Source: Hwanghaeella sp. (lineage in GTDB: Bacteria; Pseudomonadota; Alphaproteobacteria; UBA8366; Aestuariispiraceae). Taken from it: a stretch of 64,000 nucleotides of DNA. A model generated the notes under the pieces. It was not told the DNA's origin, searched no databases, and worked only from the letters and a program-made list of their open reading frames with translations. Below, in pieces: positions 57,094-64,000 of the stretch. The translations under genes were made by a program, and so were the position numbers. The stretch is from positions 2,462,777-2,526,776 of the forward strand of contig NZ_OZ245754.1 in the NCBI RefSeq assembly GCF_965227365.1. The letters run 5' to 3'. Position 1 is the stretch's first letter. Each line of letters starts with the position of its first letter.

Positions 57094-58356
57094 CTACACC
57101 GGCGCGTGCCCGGAATCGCGGTTCAACCAAGCCAGAACGCCCTTCGCCGCCGCAACGCCCGTGGCGAAGGTGGCCTGCAGCAGATAGCCTCCCGTCGGCG
57201 CTTCCCAGTCCAGCATTTCACCGGCGGCAAAAACGCCGGGCAAGCGCTTCAGCATGAAATTTCCGTCCAATTCTTCAAGCGCAATACCGCCAGCGGAGGA
57301 TATCGCGCGCTCGATGGGCATCGTGGCGGTCAGTGTGATCGGGACCGCCTGAACGAGATCCGCCAATGCATGAGGATCCCGCGGCAGGGCAGGCCCCACG
57401 GCCTCCCGCATCAGATTGACCGCGATCGGCGGAAGGCCCAGGGAACGGCGTAGAAAATCGCTCTGCGAGTGTTTTCCGCGCGGTTTGCCGAGACGCTGCA
57501 GGACGTCTTCATGCGACCGATCCGGCAGCAGATTGACGTGCAGCACCGCCGATCCGTCACGGGCGATCCGCTCCCGCAACAGAGAGGACAAGGCATAAAC
57601 CGCGCCGCCTTCGATGCCCTGCTCGGTCACCATGGCATCACCACGCGCCGTTTGTCCGGCGCAGGTCAAAGCGACGTTCTTCAAGGGCTGTCCCTGAAAC
57701 TTCTTCCTGAAGATATCACTCCAATGGACCGCAAAACCGCTATTGGCGGATCTCAACGGCGCAACGGCGACGTCCATTTCCGCCAAGATATCGACCCACG
57801 CCCCTGTGGATCCGAGGCGCGGCCAACTTCCGCCGCCAAGGGCGAGGAGGGTCGCATGCGGTTCGACCCGCTCCAAATCTCCACCTTCTCTGCGGAAAAG
57901 AAGTGCGCCCGCCTCGTCCCATCCCCGCCATTCCGTTCGGAAGCGGAACACACATCCCTGTGCCCGAAGTCTTTCCAACCACGCCCGCAGCAAGGGCGCG
58001 GCTTTCATCGCCGTCGGGAAAATCCGCCCGCTGGACCCGATGAAGGTCGGCTGTCCCAATCCTTCGGCCCAATCCCGCAGCGCCGTCGGCGGAAAGGCCT
58101 CGATGACCGGCGTCAGGAAAGGACGCCCGGCCCCGTACCGTTGCAGGAATGACGCAAGCATCTCGGAATGGGTCAGATTCAAGCCGCCCCGACCCGCCAT
58201 CTGCAGTTTACGCCCGAATGTCGGCATGCGGTCGTAGACGGTGACCGCCAATCCGGCGCGGCTCAATAGTTCCGCTGCGATCAATCCGGCCGGACCGCCA
58301 CCGATCACCGCAACGGTTAAATTTTCCGCTGTATCACCCATGGCGCCGTTATCCAT
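57094..58356 (-). CDS. HI0933/BaiN-like flavoprotein (TIGR03862-type)
   Basis: 420 aa. Motifs [15 protein letters not shown] and GRKLQMAGRGGLNLTH. Confidence 0.8.
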   Translation of the reverse strand: MDNGAMGDTAENLTVAVIGGGPAGLIAAELLSRAGLAVTVYDRMPTFGRKLQMAGRGGLNLTHSEMLASFLQRYGAGRPFLTPVIEAFPPTALRDWAEGLGQPTFIGSSGRIFPTAMKAAPLLRAWLERLRAQGCVFRFRTEWRGWDEAGALLFRREGGDLERVEPHATLLALGGGSWPRLGSTGAWVDILAEMDVAVAPLRSANSGFAVHWSDIFRKKFQGQPLKNVALTCAGQTARGDAMVTEQGIEGGAVYALSSLLRERIARDGSAVLHVNLLPDRSHEDVLQRLGKPRGKHSQSDFLRRSLGLPPIAVNLMREAVGPALPRDPHALADLVQAVPITLTATMPIERAISSAGGIALEELDGNFMLKRLPGVFAAGEMLDWEAPTGGYLLQATFATGVAAAKGVLAWLNRDSGHAPV

Positions 58357-58409
58357 GGCAGGACTGCTCAGGACAAGTCCGTATCAGGCGGAAGATGACA
58401 CTTGGCACC

Positions 58410-58440
58410 AAAGAAAAAGCCCGCCTTTCGACGGGCCTTC
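58410..58440 (-). terminator. rho-independent terminator after the DUF465 gene
   Basis: Minus strand reads GCCCG-tcgaaagg-CGGGC followed by TTTTTCTTT. Confidence 0.75.
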
Positions 58441-58488
58441 TGCTGATTTTCGCGAGGTGTTTCGCTGGCAGGCCCCACTTTTTCTCAA

Positions 58489-58722
58489 TCAATCAAGAAA
58501 GGTCACGATCTCATCGAGAAGTGCGAGGCGTTGTTTCTTGAGTTCCTCAAGATGCATGTCGTCCATCGGCTCGATATTTTCCTCTCCCCGATGAATTTCC
58601 CGATTGATGCGATGATGCGTATCGCAAAGCTTCGCGAAATGGGCATTCTCCGCTTTCAATGCGTGAATGCGATCCGCATGTTCAGGAAACTCCTCGGCGA
58701 TATCGTGCGGTGTATGCGTCAT
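58489..58722 (-). CDS. YdcH/DUF465 family protein
   Basis: ATG 58722. 77 aa with pattern HALKAENAHFAKLCDTHHRINREI...LEELKKQRLALLDEI. Confidence 0.75.
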   Translation of the reverse strand: MTHTPHDIAEEFPEHADRIHALKAENAHFAKLCDTHHRINREIHRGEENIEPMDDMHLEELKKQRLALLDEIVTFLD

Positions 58723-58829
58723 GATGATCTCCCCTTTTGAACGAATGTTGGGAAGAATTTCCATGCATGCTCCGCGATCGTCATTGATGCTGGTCAAGTC
58801 CGTGTCGAATTTCCGCTGCCGCCTGCCCT

Positions 58830-59951
58830 TTACAGGTTGGGAAAGTAATCCTCACAGGTGCCTTCGCGATACACATCGGCCGTGCAGCAATGGAGACCGC
58901 CGCCGAAGGCATAGGCGTCCCGCAACTCCACTTCGACCACTTCCATGCCAAGCTTGTCCATTTGCTCGGCCTGATACACCTCGCTCTTTTCGACGCAGAC
59001 CGTTCTTGGGTCAAGAACGAGGACGTTCATGCTGAGCCAGACGGAGGAGTAGCAAAGCGCCGGCGGCTGGTTATGGGCAGGCTGGGCGGCATCGACGATT
59101 TCCCAGCCATTGTCATGGAACATCTTGCGCTGGTCGTCCGGGAGACGACGCTGCGGGTTGTTCAGGATCAGGCCCGGTCGAAGCGGCGTGAAGGTCGCAT
59201 CGATATGAATCGGATACGGATCCCCGGGGAAGTTCACGGCATGGACCCGATGCTCCGGGAAATGCCGCCGCAGCCACTCGATCCCTTTCAGATTGGTCGT
59301 GAAACCATGCTGAACGACAAGGTCTCGTCCGAATCGCAGCACGTCGGCGGCATCGAACAGCGGCTCCTCTTCCGTCGTGACGAAGAATTTTTCCGCTGTC
59401 CATTTCAGCCGTTTTTCCACACCGATCTTTTCCGACAGATAATCCGGCCGGTAATCGGCGTCGGTAAGTCGCGGTTTCGGCGCCGCCTCATGCCGGAAAT
59501 TGGGGTCTTCTTCCCAATAGCGCTGCATCAACGGGCGATAGCATAGATACTCGAACCACCGGCAGCGATAAGACATCGTCGCTTCCAGTATTTCCGGCCC
59601 GACGGTCAACAGCACGTCCCGCGGCGGCATACAGCCGAATTGGCTCGCGGTTTCGAAATCGGGTGTCGTGACCGGTTGAGAAAAGTCTATCGGGGTTGGG
59701 CGGTCGACCCGGATGCCCCGTGCTTTCAACTGCTCGGCAAAGCGGTCCAGCAACTCGTTGGCGCGATCGATTGTTTCCTGCGGGCGTCGACCCCATTGGC
59801 CTCGCATGTCGCTGTCTTCGGGAACCTTGGCATCGAGAGCCGGTTCCTCGGGCGGGATGTGACAGTCATCCGCACGCCCGACAATCACATGACGCAACGG
59901 ATCCCATTCATTCCAACTGTTTACGACCGTTGGTTCGCCTGCCTGCGTCAT
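58830..59951 (-). CDS. glycine/L-arginine amidinotransferase (AGAT/StrB family)
   Basis: ATG 59951. 373 aa, collinear with vertebrate AGAT by eye. Catalytic Asp (FDAADV), His (IHIDATF) and Cys (GGGLHCCTADV) are present. Confidence 0.88.
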   Translation of the reverse strand: MTQAGEPTVVNSWNEWDPLRHVIVGRADDCHIPPEEPALDAKVPEDSDMRGQWGRRPQETIDRANELLDRFAEQLKARGIRVDRPTPIDFSQPVTTPDFETASQFGCMPPRDVLLTVGPEILEATMSYRCRWFEYLCYRPLMQRYWEEDPNFRHEAAPKPRLTDADYRPDYLSEKIGVEKRLKWTAEKFFVTTEEEPLFDAADVLRFGRDLVVQHGFTTNLKGIEWLRRHFPEHRVHAVNFPGDPYPIHIDATFTPLRPGLILNNPQRRLPDDQRKMFHDNGWEIVDAAQPAHNQPPALCYSSVWLSMNVLVLDPRTVCVEKSEVYQAEQMDKLGMEVVEVELRDAYAFGGGLHCCTADVYREGTCEDYFPNL

Positions 59952-60278
59952 ACCTCGACTCCCTCTCCATCCTGGATTTCGGGCATTATCATCACAGGAA
60001 GGGAATGAAAACCGAATTGAGGGAGATTGCGTTCCGCCACAACGCATTACCCCTCCCTGAACAGGAGGCACCACATTCAGCGAGCCCCTATGATAGAAAC
60101 GTAGGGTGCGGGGAAAAATGTCCTCTCTTAGCTCCGGCGAAGCTTGGCTGAAAACCTGGGCTTTCCAGGCCTTGCCAGGCCCTTGTCGCATCATGCACGG
60201 AGCCATAAAATACAGGGGCGGCCTTCGCGAAGCGATAGCCATGCTTGTCGATTTCCCTGTCGGCGCATCCGGCGAAAC

Positions 60279-60293
60279 GCCTGAACGGTGCCA
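60279..60293 (-). promoter_or_regulatory. weak sigma-54-like element upstream of the amidinotransferase
   Basis: Minus strand reads TTGGCAC-cgttc-agGCg. The -24 box is perfect. The -12 box keeps only the GC. Confidence 0.2.
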
Positions 60294-60338
60294 ACTTCCG
60301 GCACCGCTCTTAGTCACTCTCTGAAGGCATTGGTCCAA

Positions 60339-61289
60339 ATGTCGCGTATTGATTGGGATCATCTTCGATACGTCCTTGCGCTTGGTCGCGCCGGCACGCT
60401 TTTGGGCGCGGCCGAAATGCTCGGCGTCAATCATACGACGGTGCTGCGGCGTCTCGATGCTCTCGAGAGCCAACTCAGCACTAGGTTGTTCGACAGGCAA
60501 CGCACCGGTTACGAGCCGACCGATGCCGGCTTGACCCTTCTCGAGAAGGCGCGATCCATGGAGCAGAAGGCCGATGAGATCGAACGGCAGATCCTCGGCG
60601 CCGACCGGACGCTCGAGGGGCCTCTACGCGTCGTGACCGCCTTCGCGGTCATGGAGCACCTCTTGGCGGAGCCCCTTGCCGAATTCGTCAGAGCCTATCC
60701 AAGCATCGAGGTCGAAGTGGTCGAGAACGCGGTCCTCAGCGATCTTTCGAGCCGCCGCATCGACCTTGCCCCCACCTCCAACAGACGCGAGGCGGACGTT
60801 GCCGTACGCCTGTCCGCTCAGGTTTCGGAACACCTGTTCGGCCGGCAACTCGGCATGACGCAATACGCCGTATACGCATTGCGGGGGGAAAACACGCTGC
60901 CGCAGGTAATCACGCCGGTGGAGACATTGATCCGGACCGCGCCCTGGGTGACCTTCGAACTGGACCCTGCGACGCGGGTCTACGACAGGTGGACGCAAAC
61001 CAACCTGGCGGAGGCAAATGTCGTCGCCCGCGTTGATTTCTTCAATGCAAAGGCGGCAATGCTGCGGACAGGCATCGGCGTGGGATTCCTACCGACATTC
61101 ATGGAGAAAAACCATCCCGAGTTCATAAGGATATCGGACACGATCCCTGATCTGAGCCTGCCGCTTTGGATCGTGACCCATCCCGACCTGCGCTACACGG
61201 CCAGAGTCCGTACCTTCATGAAATTTGTCGGCGACCTGTTGTCGAAACGACTGTGGAACTTGGCCGAACAGGTCAATGATATCCGCTGA
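60339..61289 (+). CDS. LysR family transcriptional regulator
   Basis: ATG 60339 (MSRIDWDHLRYVLALGRAGTLLGAAEMLGVNHTTVLRRL). Confidence 0.85.
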   Translation: MSRIDWDHLRYVLALGRAGTLLGAAEMLGVNHTTVLRRLDALESQLSTRLFDRQRTGYEPTDAGLTLLEKARSMEQKADEIERQILGADRTLEGPLRVVTAFAVMEHLLAEPLAEFVRAYPSIEVEVVENAVLSDLSSRRIDLAPTSNRREADVAVRLSAQVSEHLFGRQLGMTQYAVYALRGENTLPQVITPVETLIRTAPWVTFELDPATRVYDRWTQTNLAEANVVARVDFFNAKAAMLRTGIGVGFLPTFMEKNHPEFIRISDTIPDLSLPLWIVTHPDLRYTARVRTFMKFVGDLLSKRLWNLAEQVNDIR

Positions 61290-61427
61290 CCGGGAAAAAA
61301 CTCGACGCTACTAGCAAATCCCTCGACGGCCGGCTCCCACCCGCCTCGCCGTAAACGGCCATACGCCCAAGGACGAACACCCGCACGCCGGAATGAGCCG
61401 GACGTGCAGGCGTTAATCCTTCGTTCC

Positions 61428-62225
61428 TTAAGCAGGCACTTTTGCCGTCAATAAGCAGTCGTCCGATAGCGGTACAAGCGGACTATGGTCGCGATTGTTG
61501 TGGTACTCGGCCCGCTTCTGCTTCGTTGGTGCGTTTTTCACCGAATTTGCATTGATGAACAGCAACGTGCGCGGCCAAGGCGTAACATTGCCGGCCGACG
61601 CGTGAAGCAGATTGCAGTTGATAAAGACAGCCGTGCCAGCTTTGCCGGTCAGAGATTCTATACCATTCTCGTCGGCAAGACGTTTTACCGTGTCGCCCTT
61701 TACCTCCATGACGGTATAGCCTGTCTTGTCGGGGTCGGCCGCCGTATCCTCGATCTCACCCAGGCGATGAGATCCCGGAATTACCAACATTGGCCCGGCC
61801 GTTTCCAGAATGTCATCCAGGAACACGGCGATCATCAACGCATTGGGCGTAGGCATCCCGTCTTCGTAATGCCACGTTCCGTAATCCTGATGCCACCAGA
61901 ATCCTTCTCCATCAAATCCACGCTTGGGGTTGATGCGAAGCTGATGAATATAGACGTCGTCGCCGACCAATTGCTTGGCCACCTCAATCCAACGCGGATG
62001 CCGTGAAAGTTTGTAGAACTCATCGGTATACTTGTCCGCACCGTAGATCAGCCGGGGAGCCTTTCCATTCTTTTCCATGGCAACCTCAGGGCGATCCAGA
62101 TGCTTGTCCAGTATCTCATCCAAACCGTGTTTCAATACCGCGACCTCCTCGGCAGTAAAGAGCCCTTCCTTCGTCAGGTAGCCTCTGGCGTTGTATTCAT
62201 CGACTTCTTCCTTCGAGAGATTCAT
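61428..62225 (-). CDS. phytanoyl-CoA dioxygenase (PhyH) family Fe(II)/2OG oxygenase, ectoine-hydroxylase-like
   Basis: 265 aa. FWWHQDYGTWHYEDGMP resembles the EctD signature F-x-WHSDFETWH-x-EDG-M/L-P. Distal His in CNLLHAS. Confidence 0.8.
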   Translation of the reverse strand: MNLSKEEVDEYNARGYLTKEGLFTAEEVAVLKHGLDEILDKHLDRPEVAMEKNGKAPRLIYGADKYTDEFYKLSRHPRWIEVAKQLVGDDVYIHQLRINPKRGFDGEGFWWHQDYGTWHYEDGMPTPNALMIAVFLDDILETAGPMLVIPGSHRLGEIEDTAADPDKTGYTVMEVKGDTVKRLADENGIESLTGKAGTAVFINCNLLHASAGNVTPWPRTLLFINANSVKNAPTKQKRAEYHNNRDHSPLVPLSDDCLLTAKVPA

Positions 62226-62253
62226 GTCATTCCTCCTTTTTATGGACGGTACA

Positions 62254-63003
62254 CTAGAGACTTATGCCGCCATCAATCGAATACATGCATCCTGTGACGA
62301 AGGCCGACTCGTCGGATACAAGATAGACGATGAGCGGCGCGATATCTTCAGGCATGCCCAACTGCCCCATCGGCTGCCTCGCGGCGAATGCCTCCATTGC
62401 CTTTTCGGCATCCCCCATGCGGGACAGCCGTTCTCGCAAGGATGGCGAGTCCACGATGCCGGGGCATACAGCATTGCACCGTATTCCGTCGCGAATGAAA
62501 TCGATGGCAATCGCCTTGGTGATGCCCAGGATCGCCGCCTTGCTCGCGGAATACGCAAATCTGTTGGGCACGCCTTTCACGGTCGAGGCCATCGACGACA
62601 TGTTGACGATACTGCCCGTTCCGCGCGCCAGCATGCCCGGAAGAAACGCCTTGATCACACGATAGGTGCCCGTCCCGTTGATATCTTGAGTCCGGTCCCA
62701 CTCCTCTTCCGAGCAATCGAGGATCGTTCCCTCGGACACGTATCCCGCGCAGTTGAAAAGAGCGTCAACCGGCCCGACCGCCTCTGCGACCTCCTGAACG
62801 CGGCGACTGTCGGTCACATCCATGACCTCACCGATCACGCCTTCAACCCCCCGCAGCCTTTCCACCGACACGGGGTCCTTGTCCGTCGCCACGACCGCCG
62901 CGCCTTCCCTTATCATCGCCAAGGCGCTGGCAAGACCGATCCCCTGGCCAGCACCGGTGACGAATATGCGCTTACCGGATAATCTGCCACACCCGTGTTC
63001 CAC
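62254..63003 (-). CDS. SDR family oxidoreductase
   Basis: GTG 63003 with GGGGAGGG SD (TTG 63036 is an alternative). TGAGQGIG, YSASK. Confidence 0.85.
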   Translation of the reverse strand: MEHGCGRLSGKRIFVTGAGQGIGLASALAMIREGAAVVATDKDPVSVERLRGVEGVIGEVMDVTDSRRVQEVAEAVGPVDALFNCAGYVSEGTILDCSEEEWDRTQDINGTGTYRVIKAFLPGMLARGTGSIVNMSSMASTVKGVPNRFAYSASKAAILGITKAIAIDFIRDGIRCNAVCPGIVDSPSLRERLSRMGDAEKAMEAFAARQPMGQLGMPEDIAPLIVYLVSDESAFVTGCMYSIDGGISL

Positions 63004-63017
63004 GCTACGCCCTCCCC

Positions 63018-63815
63018 TCAAGACCTGTTCAGCCAATCGATCAATATCCGATTGAATTCATCGGGCCGTTCGACGTTCGGGAAATGTTGGCAATCGGCGA
63101 TCTCGACATATTTGCCACCTGGGATCATTTCCGACATCCGACGATTTTCGCTGGCGGGCGTCCCCTGATCGTTCGCGCCGCACACCACCAAAGCGGGCGG
63201 CTTCAATTCGCCCAAGCGCCCCGTGAAGTCGAAGCTGCGCACCGCGTGTACGCAACCGAGGAAGCCGGCGACATCCGTCACCAGAATACTCTCGAAGATC
63301 TGACGCCATCGTCCGGGACGCTTTTCCCGAAACTCGGCAGTAAGCCATCGGGCCATGGTACTCTCTGCCAGCGGGGCCAGGGATTGCGCATCCTGCACCG
63401 TCCTCTTGCGTTCAATCCAAACGGACTCGGCGGCGGGAACGGAAGCCGGCAGGGTATCGGCGAACAACGCGGACCGGATCAGGTCCGGATACCGGAGGGC
63501 CAACGACTGCCCCAGCATGCCGCCGATCGACAGACCGACGAAATCGACCGGCCCGATATCCAGGGCAGTGATGACATGGGCGGCATCGTCAGCGAGCTCA
63601 TCCATCGTATAGTCGCCGAAGACGGTTTCGCTGGCTCCGTGGCCGCGCATGTCTACGCGGAGCACTCTGTAACCGGAGGCCAGCAATTCGGGAACCTGTT
63701 CAGCCCACATCGAACTGTCCGCAGTCAAGGAATGCGCGAGGCAAACCGTTTGTGCGGCGCCCTCGGGTCCGAGGAGATCGAAGTACAATCTTCGATTTTC
63801 TTTCGGAAGGAACAT
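63018..63815 (-). CDS. alpha/beta hydrolase (3-oxoadipate enol-lactonase-like)
   Basis: 265 aa. HSLTADS region, nucleophile elbow GLSIGG, C-terminal His (CQHFPNVE). Confidence 0.82.
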   Translation of the reverse strand: MFLPKENRRLYFDLLGPEGAAQTVCLAHSLTADSSMWAEQVPELLASGYRVLRVDMRGHGASETVFGDYTMDELADDAAHVITALDIGPVDFVGLSIGGMLGQSLALRYPDLIRSALFADTLPASVPAAESVWIERKRTVQDAQSLAPLAESTMARWLTAEFREKRPGRWRQIFESILVTDVAGFLGCVHAVRSFDFTGRLGELKPPALVVCGANDQGTPASENRRMSEMIPGGKYVEIADCQHFPNVERPDEFNRILIDWLNRS

Positions 63816-64000
63816 TTGCGTTTCCCCTCAATTGTCGAGCGATCTTCACCGACATCAATTTCCCTCCGGCACCGTTCCGAAGGCGGACATACCACGCATC
63901 AATTTTTTTTCAGGAACAATGCGGAATACTGCAAGAGAACCTTGCATCTTTGCACAGTGACGGCTGCGGCGAAGGGGCCCCGGTGATGTGCAAACAAAAA

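Noticed and set aside
59952-60500. 183-codon N-terminal extension of the amidinotransferase ORF, and the small ORFs 60088-60294 (minus) and 60106-60324 (plus)
   Set aside because: AGAT homology starts at ATG 59951. The extension and the small ORFs have no motifs and lie in the regulatory region shared with the LysR gene.
1-64000. Search for CRISPR arrays, rRNA/tRNA genes, transposases, integrases, prophage or defence-system genes
   Set aside because: I saw no spaced direct-repeat arrays, no recombinase, nuclease or helicase-type ORFs, and no stable-RNA signatures in any intergenic region I read. The accessory content is metabolic. A computational scan (tRNAscan-SE, Infernal, minced) would be needed for certainty.

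Overview
High-GC chromosomal segment that looks alphaproteobacterial. This is an inference from the yceD-rpmF-plsX-fabH-ihfA-merR synteny and an H+-pyrophosphatase that closely resembles the Rhodospirillum type. I call about 62 protein-coding genes. I found no rRNA, tRNA, CRISPR array, transposase or integrase. Layout: (1) 1-8.3 kb, housekeeping block: nagZ (partial), merR-like, ihfA, fabH, plsX, rpmF, yceD, Cbp3-like chaperone, bamE, hppA. (2) 8.5-11 kb, MFS transporter, FliL-like protein and a membrane protein. (3) 11-18 kb, arginase and ornithine aminotransferase on the same strand as a ferredoxin, a ferredoxin reductase and an enolase-superfamily enzyme, plus an Lrp regulator and a divergent SHMT paralogue. 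(4) 18.8-22 kb, YqaA and a P-type ATPase. (5) 22-27.7 kb, AtuA-like DUF1446 pair with a TAXI-TRAP transporter and a LysR regulator. (6) 27.7-45.3 kb, the most interesting part: a nitrogen-scavenging island. It holds a GS-like ligase and a creatininase/ABC-importer operon, which are divergent and each preceded by a sigma-54-type promoter. It also holds two EFE/IPNS-family 2OG oxygenases, two SDRs, an isochorismatase-family hydrolase and a Trp-rich orphan. A clear guanidine-I (ykkC) riboswitch precedes two DUF1989 genes and a 1208-aa biotin carboxylase, which matches the guanidine carboxylase pathway. The expected allophanate hydrolase is reduced to an 85-aa C-terminal-domain ORF, followed by an oxygenase and a PuuE-like deacetylase. 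(7) 45.3-53.2 kb, AhpD-like protein, TetR, BisC-type molybdoenzyme and ahpCF-oxyR. (8) 53-58.4 kb, a possible envelope/lipid-modifying operon that includes a Tat-signal aldo-keto reductase. (9) 58.5-63.8 kb, a vertebrate-AGAT-like amidinotransferase with a long leader, a LysR regulator, an EctD-like dioxygenase, an SDR and an alpha/beta hydrolase. All family assignments come from motif recognition by eye. No database search was run.
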